NCBI GenBank assembly: GCA_016932735.1
Contig: JAFGCI010000006.1
Coordinates: 127,144-191,143, forward strand
Direction of reading: 5' to 3'
Length of the DNA stretch: 64,000 nt
Source of the DNA: Candidatus Aenigmatarchaeota archaeon
Lineage (GTDB): Archaea; Aenigmatarchaeota; Aenigmatarchaeia; QMZP01; QMZT01
Below the pieces are notes generated by a model. That model worked only from the letters and a program-made list of their open reading frames with translations, ran no database searches and was not told the DNA's origin. The translations under genes and the position numbers were made by a program. Below are positions 9,136-16,529 of this stretch, piece by piece. The first letter of the stretch is position 1; each line of letters starts with the position of its first letter.

Positions 9136-10185
9136 CTACACCGTCGTAGGCCCTAGCATCTTGGAAGCAAAATAAACCACAATGATGACAATAACCATGA
9201 GAATGAGAAGAATTATCCAGAGAGGGAGTCCTTCCTTGGATCTGTCCTCAGAAACGGGCGGGGAATTCTGCGGACTTCCTGACTGGCCGGAGCCATTTCC
9301 ATCTGATGCATCGCCGGTCGCATTCATACCATTCCCGTTGATTGTCTGGTTTGTGATGTTCATCGTCCCGTTCGTAATGGTGTTGTTAGTTATGTTCTGG
9401 TCAGTGATATTCTGCAGCGTGTCGTTAATCGTTTCATTGATTGTTACATTGGCGGTCCCATTCCCTGTATCGTTTGCAACAGGCCACTCATATCCATACT
9501 CGGCCAGAAGGAAAATGACCTTATATTCCGCGAAAAGCCTTTTCATCTTTACTGTCAGATCATTTGTCTTGTTCCCGTCAGCGTCTATATCAATATAACC
9601 GAGAAAACCTATCGTAAAGTTTGCGCTTGAGGGAGTGAGCATAAGGCTTGCGGAATCGACTGTTATGTTGGTGACTATAAGGCTGAACTTTTCCTCACCT
9701 ACCTCAAAAAGCCACCTGTCACCGAGATACATCTCCCCCTCCCAAGGGTTGCTTAGGAAAACGGAATAGCTTTTTCCTGACCATGGAGGCTCTTCCTCGG
9801 GGCAATCATAATTGAATGTCCTGTTATCGCCCCAGTCGTAATTGGAGGTGTCATTGTCCTCAACGCAATAAACATTCCATAAGTAAGATTCATCGCATGT
9901 GAAAAGCGATAAAGGGGGAATGAAATTATAATTTCCGGGAGTAAGGTTTTCGTTAGGGCCTTCCTCTTCTCCCCAGCCGCCTGACCAGTTTCCGTAGAAA
10001 GAGCAGTTCGCGTTATCGCCTGCAAAAGAGAAAGACAGCGCAAAACCGCTATCGCCCTCTGAGACCATATAACCGTTAACGGGCGACTGTGACGTTATTG
10101 TTATCTGGTCGCCGTCCGCCGCAAGGACGAAAGGCATAGCCAACAGAACCGCAACAAAACAAAAAATAACGGATACGGGTTTCAT
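9136..10185 (-). CDS. Secreted cell-surface glycoprotein with C-terminal TM anchor
   Basis: Signal peptide, Ig-like W..YC.D segment, dense N-x-T linker, C-terminal hydrophobic helix. Confidence 0.75.
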   Translation of the reverse strand: MKPVSVIFCFVAVLLAMPFVLAADGDQITITSQSPVNGYMVSEGDSGFALSFSFAGDNANCSFYGNWSGGWGEEEGPNENLTPGNYNFIPPLSLFTCDESYLWNVYCVEDNDTSNYDWGDNRTFNYDCPEEEPPWSGKSYSVFLSNPWEGEMYLGDRWLFEVGEEKFSLIVTNITVDSASLMLTPSSANFTIGFLGYIDIDADGNKTNDLTVKMKRLFAEYKVIFLLAEYGYEWPVANDTGNGTANVTINETINDTLQNITDQNITNNTITNGTMNITNQTINGNGMNATGDASDGNGSGQSGSPQNSPPVSEDRSKEGLPLWIILLILMVIVIIVVYFASKMLGPTTV

Positions 10186-10246
10186 ATTAATTAATAGGGC
10201 ATGGTGTTAATAAAATTACTCCGATAAAATCAATCAGCGTGTTAAT

Positions 10247-11005
10247 ATGAGGATAGGAATAATCGGCGCAGGAAAAATTGGAACGGGAATAATCGATGCG
10301 ATAAAAGGGAAAGGATTCGATTTTATCGCAAGCTCAAAGACCGCCAAGGCATACAAAGGCGTCTTCATATCTGACGATAATAAGATGACAGCGGAGGACT
10401 CTGATATCATACTGATATGCGTAAAGCCTGACAAGGCCAAAGAAGTCTTGGACGAGATAAAGGATGAGGCGAAAAGAAAGATAATAATGACATTCGCGGC
10501 AGGGCTTCCCATAAAGTTCTACACGGACATAGCCGATGTTAAAGTTGTCCGCGTTATGACAACTCTTGCGCTCAGGAATAACAAAGGCGCCGGAGCTTAC
10601 GTATTCTCTTCGGGCTTTTCCGAATCCGAAAAAAACGAAGTAAGAAGAATACTTGAAGCTCTCGGAGAATACATAGAGCTATCCGGCGAATCTATTCTTC
10701 CAGTCGTAACCGCAATCTCCGGAAGCGGGATTGCATATCTTACAAAGATATTCGACATCTTCATAAAGGAAGGAATCTCCCGCGGACTCACAAAGGAACA
10801 GTCAGAAAAACTAATCATCGGGACAATCAAAGGTTCGCTTTCCATGATGGAAGAAACCCAACCTGAACAAATAGTCAAACAGATTGCAGTTCCCGGCGGG
10901 ACTACAGAGCAGGGACTTCTTGCATTAGAAGACGGAAAACTTGAAGAAGTTCTGAAGGATGCGTTTGACAGGACGATTAAGAGGGCGGAGGAGATTGGGC
11001 AATAA
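10247..11005 (+). CDS. proC: Pyrroline-5-carboxylate reductase
   Basis: IGIIGAGKIG Rossmann motif, VKP, SGSGIAY, VPGGTT. Confidence 0.9.
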   Translation: MRIGIIGAGKIGTGIIDAIKGKGFDFIASSKTAKAYKGVFISDDNKMTAEDSDIILICVKPDKAKEVLDEIKDEAKRKIIMTFAAGLPIKFYTDIADVKVVRVMTTLALRNNKGAGAYVFSSGFSESEKNEVRRILEALGEYIELSGESILPVVTAISGSGIAYLTKIFDIFIKEGISRGLTKEQSEKLIIGTIKGSLSMMEETQPEQIVKQIAVPGGTTEQGLLALEDGKLEEVLKDAFDRTIKRAEEIGQ

Positions 11006-11006
11006 T

Positions 11007-11270
11007 CTAATAATATCCCCACTTATAACCACATTTTTTACAATGAAAAGTCCATTTAGAAGCATCCCAAGGATTTACCTTTTCTTTGCAACCCGGTTTA
11101 GCACATTTTCCTTCTTTGTTTCTATTTATTCTTTTCAATTTTTTGAGAGCTTTTAATTGTTTATTTTCTGGAAGATTTTGTAAAATATCATCATGATATT
11201 TACAAAAACTCAACAATTTCATATCTTTCAAATTATAACCGCATTTTGGACATTTCTTTGGAACTCCCAT
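11007..11270 (-). CDS. Small Cys/His-rich putative zinc-binding protein
   Basis: CPKC, CKYH, CAKPGC, CKKC motifs in 87 aa; start ATG 11270; AT-rich. Confidence 0.55.
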   Translation of the reverse strand: MGVPKKCPKCGYNLKDMKLLSFCKYHDDILQNLPENKQLKALKKLKRINRNKEGKCAKPGCKEKVNPWDASKWTFHCKKCGYKWGYY

Positions 11271-11368
11271 TCTTCTTATGTGAAGTGTATGAAGAACAAA
11301 CTCAAACCAGAATATTGGATTAATCTTCATTCAAAAATAATTGATAAAAAAATTAAAAAGGTTGTTCT

Positions 11369-11908
11369 CTACTCCACCAAATACTCCCAGCCCGGCTGCC
11401 ATGCCTTCTTTTTTCTCCAATCGCAGGAGATTGCCTGTTCCCAAGTCTTTCCTTTTGTAAGAACTTCCAAAGCCAGTTGCGGGGCTTTGTGGGCGACTAT
11501 TGCAATATTCTTATCCTCATATTTCTTCTTCAGGAACAGGAGAAAATCTGATATCCTGTTCTCAACGTCTTTGAGGCTTTCGCCGTTCGGGAATGGAATG
11601 TCTATATGTTCCTCATATACGACTTCATGTTCGCTGGATTGTTGCAGATCGCCGTAATCGCATTCCCTCAGTCTTTTATCTGCAATGATATCATTTCTGT
11701 CTTTGAATACCAGTTTGGCAGATTCTATCGCCCGTTTCAGATCAGAGCAGAAAACCAAATCGAAATTCTTTCCCTTTATCTTTTCCGAAAGCTCTTTTGA
11801 CTGCCTTATTCCGAGTTCAGAAAGCTCTCCATGAGCCTGACCTGTGGAAATCCCTTTCTCGTTATCGGTTGTTGTCCCATGGACAAAATAAGTGATTCTG
11901 ACAGCCAT
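11369..11908 (-). CDS. Histidine phosphatase (PGM-like) family protein, RHG motif variant VHG
   Basis: YFVHGTT, LSELG..Q, SDLKRA..SA, LRECDYG, PNGES, IVAHKA. Confidence 0.85.
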   Translation of the reverse strand: MAVRITYFVHGTTTDNEKGISTGQAHGELSELGIRQSKELSEKIKGKNFDLVFCSDLKRAIESAKLVFKDRNDIIADKRLRECDYGDLQQSSEHEVVYEEHIDIPFPNGESLKDVENRISDFLLFLKKKYEDKNIAIVAHKAPQLALEVLTKGKTWEQAISCDWRKKKAWQPGWEYLVE

Positions 11909-11954
11909 AATAATAGAAATAATCTAATAATTAAATAAAAAGCCCCGAGCGGGA

Positions 11955-12047
11955 ATTTCAGCGGAGTGTACTTCATCTCTTCTTTTCATGATGAGTAACA
12001 CGTTAGGGAAGCACGAAAGCAGGCTTGCTTCTTTAGCTTCTCTCCGT
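11955..12047 (-). other. 93-nt tRNA intron at position 59/60 (T-loop) with BHB-like splice motif
   Basis: Central helix TTCA/TGAA, bulges AA|A and AT|T, exon helix GCGGG/CCCGC, intron helix CGGAG/CTCCG with one extra C. Confidence 0.88.
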
Positions 12048-12088
12048 TTTGAACCCGCGACCTCAGCGTTACCAACGCTGCGCTCTAC

Positions 12089-12200
12089 TTCCTGAGTTTT
12101 CATTCTTCTTCCACTTGAGTGCTTCTTTGCGAACGCAAATTCAGAAAGACGCAGATGAAATCTGCGTCAATCCGGCCTTTGCTTCTGGAAAGAAGGCCTC
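12089..12200 (-). other. About 112-nt tRNA intron in the D-loop (after position 20) with BHB-like motif
   Basis: Central helix CCTG/CAGG, bulges GT|G and AA|G, intron helix AG/CT; junction ambiguous by 2 nt (112 or 114 nt). Confidence 0.82.
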
Positions 12201-12254
12201 ACCAGGCTGAGCTATCGAGGCATCTTGAACGAGCGTTTACATGCGAGTTTAAGA

Positions 12255-12275
12255 CATTGCACTTTAGTGCACATG
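12255..12275. repeat. Bulged hairpin element, copy 1 (CATTGCAC-TTTA-GTGCACATG)
   Basis: Same arms as 40050-40072 with a different loop. Confidence 0.55.
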
Positions 12276-12316
12276 TAGACGCACGGATTATGGATTATTG
12301 GGCATTTTATTTTAAA

Positions 12317-12574
12317 TTACTTTTCAGGCCTCTGCCAGACAACTTTCCCTTTTTCGAGGACGACTTTTATCCGGTGGAAGGGGATTTCATGCTCTTTCCC
12401 GTCCTCTCCAACGGTAGAAAATGAGAACTTATCGCCTTTTCTTATCCTTATTTCGTCGAAAGGCCGGTAGAATATGTCGTCGGAAACTCTGTCGTAAATG
12501 CCTATCTCAAAATCGTTCGGGTCGAGACTCTCGTCCCATTGTATCTTATTCAGAAGCTTCTGAATAGGAATCAT
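12317..12574 (-). CDS. DUF504 / MJ1316-family small protein (predicted RNA cyclic-phosphate end recognition)
   Basis: LLNKIQWD, IGIYDR, IPFHRI..V...G..VW.R family signature. Confidence 0.85.
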   Translation of the reverse strand: MIPIQKLLNKIQWDESLDPNDFEIGIYDRVSDDIFYRPFDEIRIRKGDKFSFSTVGEDGKEHEIPFHRIKVVLEKGKVVWQRPEK

Positions 12575-12612
12575 AGTTAATATTTTCTCTCCGTTAAATT
12601 TAAATACTTTAG

Positions 12613-12653
12613 TGAATATATATTCATTATAGTTATGAATAATGATTCATAAC
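12613..12653. promoter_or_regulatory. TATA region with two palindromes, candidate operator for the DUF5320-DUF134 operon
   Basis: TGAATATATATTCA (12613-12626, perfect) and GTTATGAAT-AATG-ATTCATAAC (12632-12653). Confidence 0.55.
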
Positions 12654-12718
12654 AAAAAAGAATGACGGCTAATATTGGTTAGAAAAAGCCGTCTATACGA
12701 TTGAGGGAGTGATATACT

Positions 12719-12982
12719 ATGCCAGGATTTGACGGAACAGGACCGCGCGGAATTGGTCCCATGACCGGAAGAGGAATGGGTCCATGCGGGCGCGGAATGG
12801 GCTTTGGCCGCGGAGCCGGAAGAGGATTCGGAAGAGGCTTCTGGGCTCAGGAACAGTTCGCAAGACCCTATCCGGAGCTTACAAAGGAGCAGGAAATCGC
12901 GGATTTAAAGGCTGAAAGGGAATTAATACAAAGAGACATTGAAGCCCTTAACAAAAGGCTTTCCGAGTTAGAGAAAAAGTGA
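12719..12982 (+). CDS. DUF5320-family Gly/Arg-rich protein
   Basis: MPGFDGTGPRG.GPMTGRGMGPC start, RG-rich middle, C-terminal coiled coil. Confidence 0.88.
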   Translation: MPGFDGTGPRGIGPMTGRGMGPCGRGMGFGRGAGRGFGRGFWAQEQFARPYPELTKEQEIADLKAERELIQRDIEALNKRLSELEKK

Positions 12983-13332
12983 ATATAATGTGTCCAAGGC
13001 CCATGCATTGCAGGAGGGTCTTTTTCAATCCTCCTGTTAATTTATTTAAGCCGGCTGGAGTCCCGCTGAAAGAGATTCTGATTCTTAGTGTGGATGAGAT
13101 AGAGGCAATCAGGCTGAAGGACAATGAAGGGCTTGACCAGACCAAATCCGCTGAAAGCATGAACATCTCCCAGCCCACTTTTCAGAGGATATACAATTCG
13201 GCAAGAAAGAAAATTGCCGATGCAATAATAAACGGGAAAGCTCTTAAAATTGAAGGCGGGAATTACAGGATTGAGAAGAATATTTCAGGGATTGGCTTTC
13301 ACGGCAGAAGGGGTAGAAGATTCCTTCAATGA
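12979..13332 (+). CDS. DUF134 (UPF0251) HTH DNA-binding protein
   Basis: RPMHCRRV, F.PAG, EIEAIRLKD.EGLDQ, M.ISQPTF.R, ARKKIADA, IEGG. Confidence 0.9.
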   Translation: MNIMCPRPMHCRRVFFNPPVNLFKPAGVPLKEILILSVDEIEAIRLKDNEGLDQTKSAESMNISQPTFQRIYNSARKKIADAIINGKALKIEGGNYRIEKNISGIGFHGRRGRRFLQ

Positions 13333-13992
13333 AGAATCGGAAAACGTATTGAAGATAAGACTTTCAGGTATCTCCCATTCCCCTTCCATTATATATGGCG
13401 AGCCATTGCCTGCTTTTTGTATGAAGAGTTCTTCTGCCTTTCCCCTTCCCATCCATTTTGGTATGAACTTTTCAATCTTTCCGAAGCCGGACCTTTTGGG
13501 GTCATATATGTCCTTGACTCTAAGTACTGTGCCGCTGTCTGTTTTCTGAACATAGAAGCTGAATTCTCCCATTGCTTCCTGCTCGAGAGGAGACAGGTTG
13601 CCTCCGTGGAGCAGTATCAGTGTTTCCTGGCCGGAGTTGTACCTTTCGAGAATCTTTTTCGGCCTTCTTGATGCTTTCCTTGCTTCCCTGAAAACCTCGC
13701 ATATGGAACTGTCTGAGAATCCTTTGGTGTTCCAGTCCGAAGTGATGTTGTATATGGGGTAAAGCGTGCCATTGTCCTTATTTCCTTTGTTCTCGTGCCA
13801 AGAAGCTTTAGGCATCCCAGAAAGGGTTTCCGGGTTTAGGTATTGTTCATAATACCGTTTCGCGTATTTTCTGGAAGAGGTATCCGGGATTTGTTTTTCC
13901 TGCGAATACAGGCCCGATGCAGTTGATGTTATATAGATAAGGGTAGCAAGAAACAAAGACTTCCTGAAACCGCTTGGCATATAACTGTTCAT
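13285..13992 (-). CDS. Hypothetical secreted protein
   Basis: 235-aa ORF with N-terminal signal-like helix; overlaps the DUF134 3' end by 48 nt. Confidence 0.55.
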   Translation of the reverse strand: MNSYMPSGFRKSLFLATLIYITSTASGLYSQEKQIPDTSSRKYAKRYYEQYLNPETLSGMPKASWHENKGNKDNGTLYPIYNITSDWNTKGFSDSSICEVFREARKASRRPKKILERYNSGQETLILLHGGNLSPLEQEAMGEFSFYVQKTDSGTVLRVKDIYDPKRSGFGKIEKFIPKWMGRGKAEELFIQKAGNGSPYIMEGEWEIPESLIFNTFSDSSLKESSTPSAVKANP

Positions 13993-14044
13993 AATTCAAA
14001 ACAAAAGCAGAGAAATCTTTTAAATTTAACTGGATGCGGACCGT

Positions 14045-15583
14045 TTATTTACTCATGAACCTTCTGAGAGCCGGGTTCATGTCTTCCATGTGCTGGGTTG
14101 CTATTTGTTCATAAAGCTGGTATATTATCATTGTCGCCAGAAGAAGACCTGTTCCTGTTCCTATGGCCATTGTGAAATCCGCATATGCGGCCACGAAACC
14201 TACAGCCGCTCCGCCGATTACCGCCAGTGGCGGTATGTATTTGTCAAGGACCCTTTCTATGACCCTTATGTCCCTTCTGTATCCCGGTATCTGGAGTCCT
14301 GTTGATTGTATCTGCTTCGCTACCGACGCAGAATCCATTCCCGATGTCTGGACCCAAAATATGGAGAAAATCATAGCACCTGCTATCATTATAATTGAAT
14401 ATGTGAATATCCTTGCAATGTCCATTAACGGAATATATGCAAACGATGACAGGTTCATCGACATCATTAGAGCATACCATGCAACCCCCCCAAGAACTCC
14501 GAAACCTAAAGAAAGTTTCCATCCAAGGTTCTTTTTCTTAAGGAAATATGCAAGTACGGCTCCGGCTAAAGCAAAAGCACCTATCATTACCATGTAGCCG
14601 GCAACAGCCTGCGACGTTGGAGGGAAAAGGAAATACACTATTCCTCCGGTAATGTTGCCGTTGGCATCAAACGTCCCGAGCCATTCCGCTCCCGATTTGG
14701 ATGCCATGTTAGCGAACATCTGGAGGTTGGCAAGTAAAGCTCCGATAAGAATAACCGGCATATTGGATGTATAGAAGAATTTTAACGGCCATCTCCTTCC
14801 GAATCCCCGGACTGAGCCGAAAGCCAATGGTATCTCAACCCTGATTGACTGCGTATAGACTACGATAATGAATACAATCACTGTCGCTATTATCGGCGTT
14901 ATTGTGATGAAAGCCCCCATAGGGTTAGAGCCCAACTGCCAGATGGCATTCAACAACAGACCGGAAGGCGGCTCTGCGATGCTTGGGAAACCGCCCGTCT
15001 GTGTAAGCGGGTTGAGAGTCCTTATGATTATGCCTTTTGCAACCCCTGCAACTATGAAAAGGCTTACGCCTGAGCCGAAGCCCCATTTGGATATTACTTC
15101 ATCCATGAATATAATGAGGATGCCGCCGACAGTAAGCTGTAGAATAACCAGGCTTATGAGCGATGGTGTATTGGCAGGTATTGCCCCCATGAGGACATAT
15201 ATACTCGCTTCAACAAGGCAGAGGAAGAATGCAAAAAGCTTCTGCGTCCCCTGGAATAATGTCCTTCCCTTATCTGTTCCGAGGTCCCATGGAATCAGCT
15301 TTGAACCTACCAATAGTTGCAAAATGATTGATGCTGTTACGATGGGTCCGATACCCAGCGTGATGAACGAGCCGAAACTGGAGCCAAGAATTATTTCAAG
15401 GAATTCAAAATTAAGGACAGCATCCTGATTGATGCCATAGGCCATTATCTGGGACATGACAAAATAAAGAATCAGTACGATTCCTGTCCACTTCAGTTTA
15501 TCCTTGAACGTGAGCTTCTTTATTGGATCGGTTATGCCCGGTATCCTCTTCAGAAGTTCTATATATGATTCTTCCAATGTCAT
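14045..15583 (-). CDS. secY: Preprotein translocase SecY (Sec61alpha), with extra hydrophobic insertion
   Basis: LGIGPIVTASII.QLL, KWGFGSG.SLFI, LKFFYTSNMPVIL, GLQIPGYRRD, GTGTGLLL. Confidence 0.97.
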   Translation of the reverse strand: MTLEESYIELLKRIPGITDPIKKLTFKDKLKWTGIVLILYFVMSQIMAYGINQDAVLNFEFLEIILGSSFGSFITLGIGPIVTASIILQLLVGSKLIPWDLGTDKGRTLFQGTQKLFAFFLCLVEASIYVLMGAIPANTPSLISLVILQLTVGGILIIFMDEVISKWGFGSGVSLFIVAGVAKGIIIRTLNPLTQTGGFPSIAEPPSGLLLNAIWQLGSNPMGAFITITPIIATVIVFIIVVYTQSIRVEIPLAFGSVRGFGRRWPLKFFYTSNMPVILIGALLANLQMFANMASKSGAEWLGTFDANGNITGGIVYFLFPPTSQAVAGYMVMIGAFALAGAVLAYFLKKKNLGWKLSLGFGVLGGVAWYALMMSMNLSSFAYIPLMDIARIFTYSIIMIAGAMIFSIFWVQTSGMDSASVAKQIQSTGLQIPGYRRDIRVIERVLDKYIPPLAVIGGAAVGFVAAYADFTMAIGTGTGLLLATMIIYQLYEQIATQHMEDMNPALRRFMSK

Positions 15584-15629
15584 TGAATCACGATTATATA
15601 AGATTAGATATCCTGCTTATATTAAAATT

Positions 15630-16079
15630 TTATTCATCCGTCTGGGCTTCCTCTTCGGCTGGTTTCGTTTTTTCAGGCTCGGGTTCAGGAACTATGGCCT
15701 TTCCGCCCGCTGTTTCAACTTTCTCCCTTGCCTTTGAGGATATGAAATCAACATGTACTGTAAATGGCCTGGAAAGTTTTCCCTTTCCAAGAAGCTTGTC
15801 GTAACCCATTTCCTTGAGTTTTACTTCCTTTATTCCAAGCCTGTCTGCAAGCCTCTCAAGCTCGCATAAGTTTATTGTCTTCAGGTTCTGTGAAACATGA
15901 GAAGTGAATCCGTATTTTCCTATATGGCCCGGTTTCTCCTTGAGGAATTTAACGAACCTGTGCGCCTTTGCGCCTGTCATTCCTCTTCCGCCGCGTGAGC
16001 CTGCGCCCCTTCTCTTCTTATGTGAGCCGCAGCCATGGGTTCTGCTTCCCCTGAATCTGTTTACTCTCTTGCTTGCCAT
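15630..16079 (-). CDS. rpl15: 50S ribosomal protein uL15
   Basis: RGSRTHG.G..KKRRGAGSRGGRG, KLLGKG, A..KVE.AGG. Confidence 0.95.
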   Translation of the reverse strand: MASKRVNRFRGSRTHGCGSHKKRRGAGSRGGRGMTGAKAHRFVKFLKEKPGHIGKYGFTSHVSQNLKTINLCELERLADRLGIKEVKLKEMGYDKLLGKGKLSRPFTVHVDFISSKAREKVETAGGKAIVPEPEPEKTKPAEEEAQTDE

Positions 16080-16095
16080 AATTACACCAAAAACA

Positions 16096-16521
16096 TTAAA
16101 TCATTCTTTCAATAAGGTCGTTTATCTTGTCCTTTCTGTATCCAAGGTCTCCTTTCGGGAAGCTGAGCTTTGTCGCTCTGTAGCCTTTCAGAGGCGGGCC
16201 GAGCCTGAAAACAGGAACAAGGTCATTAACTTTCAGAGTGCTTGTTTTTGTTATTTCGTCCACATATCCCTTGACTTTTGATTTCTCAATCGGTTTGTTG
16301 CCTTTCAGCCTTCCTTTATTCTCAACAAGTTTCTGGAGCATTTCGGGTTTGATTTCACCCCATGTAATGAACTTCTGAGCTTTTATCAGCATGCCTCTGG
16401 TCAGTTCGCCTTCGGGAAGTACAACACAATGGTTCGGGCTGTTAAGCCTTAGCATCTTAAGCGTATCAGCTATGTCTTTCCTTACACCGACCGTTCCTCT
16501 TACCCTGACAACTGCAAACAT
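16096..16521 (-). CDS. rpl30: 50S ribosomal protein uL30 (archaeal long form)
   Basis: VRVRG, TLKMLRL, ITWGE, FRLGPPLKGY, GDLGYR. Confidence 0.95.
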   Translation of the reverse strand: MFAVVRVRGTVGVRKDIADTLKMLRLNSPNHCVVLPEGELTRGMLIKAQKFITWGEIKPEMLQKLVENKGRLKGNKPIEKSKVKGYVDEITKTSTLKVNDLVPVFRLGPPLKGYRATKLSFPKGDLGYRKDKINDLIERMI

Positions 16522-16529
16522 AATCGCAC

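Larger units (their letters stand above)
11941..12221 (-). tRNA. tRNA-Thr: tRNA-Thr(GGU) interrupted by two non-canonical introns; no encoded CCA
   Basis: Removing both inserts gives GCCTCGA TA GCTC AGCCTGGT(GT)A GAGC G CAGCG TTGGTAA CGCTG AGGTC GCGGG TTCAAAT CCCGC TCGGGGC T, with all four stems paired. Confidence 0.92.

Noticed and set aside
11988-12095. C box ATGATGA and D box CTGA on the plus strand, suggesting a C/D sRNA
   Set aside because: Antisense to the tRNA, about 100 nt apart, no C'/D' pair or terminal stem; the CTGA is explained by the BHB helix.
12119-12424. 101-aa plus-strand ORF
   Set aside because: Antisense to tRNA-Thr, its intron and DUF504; no motif.
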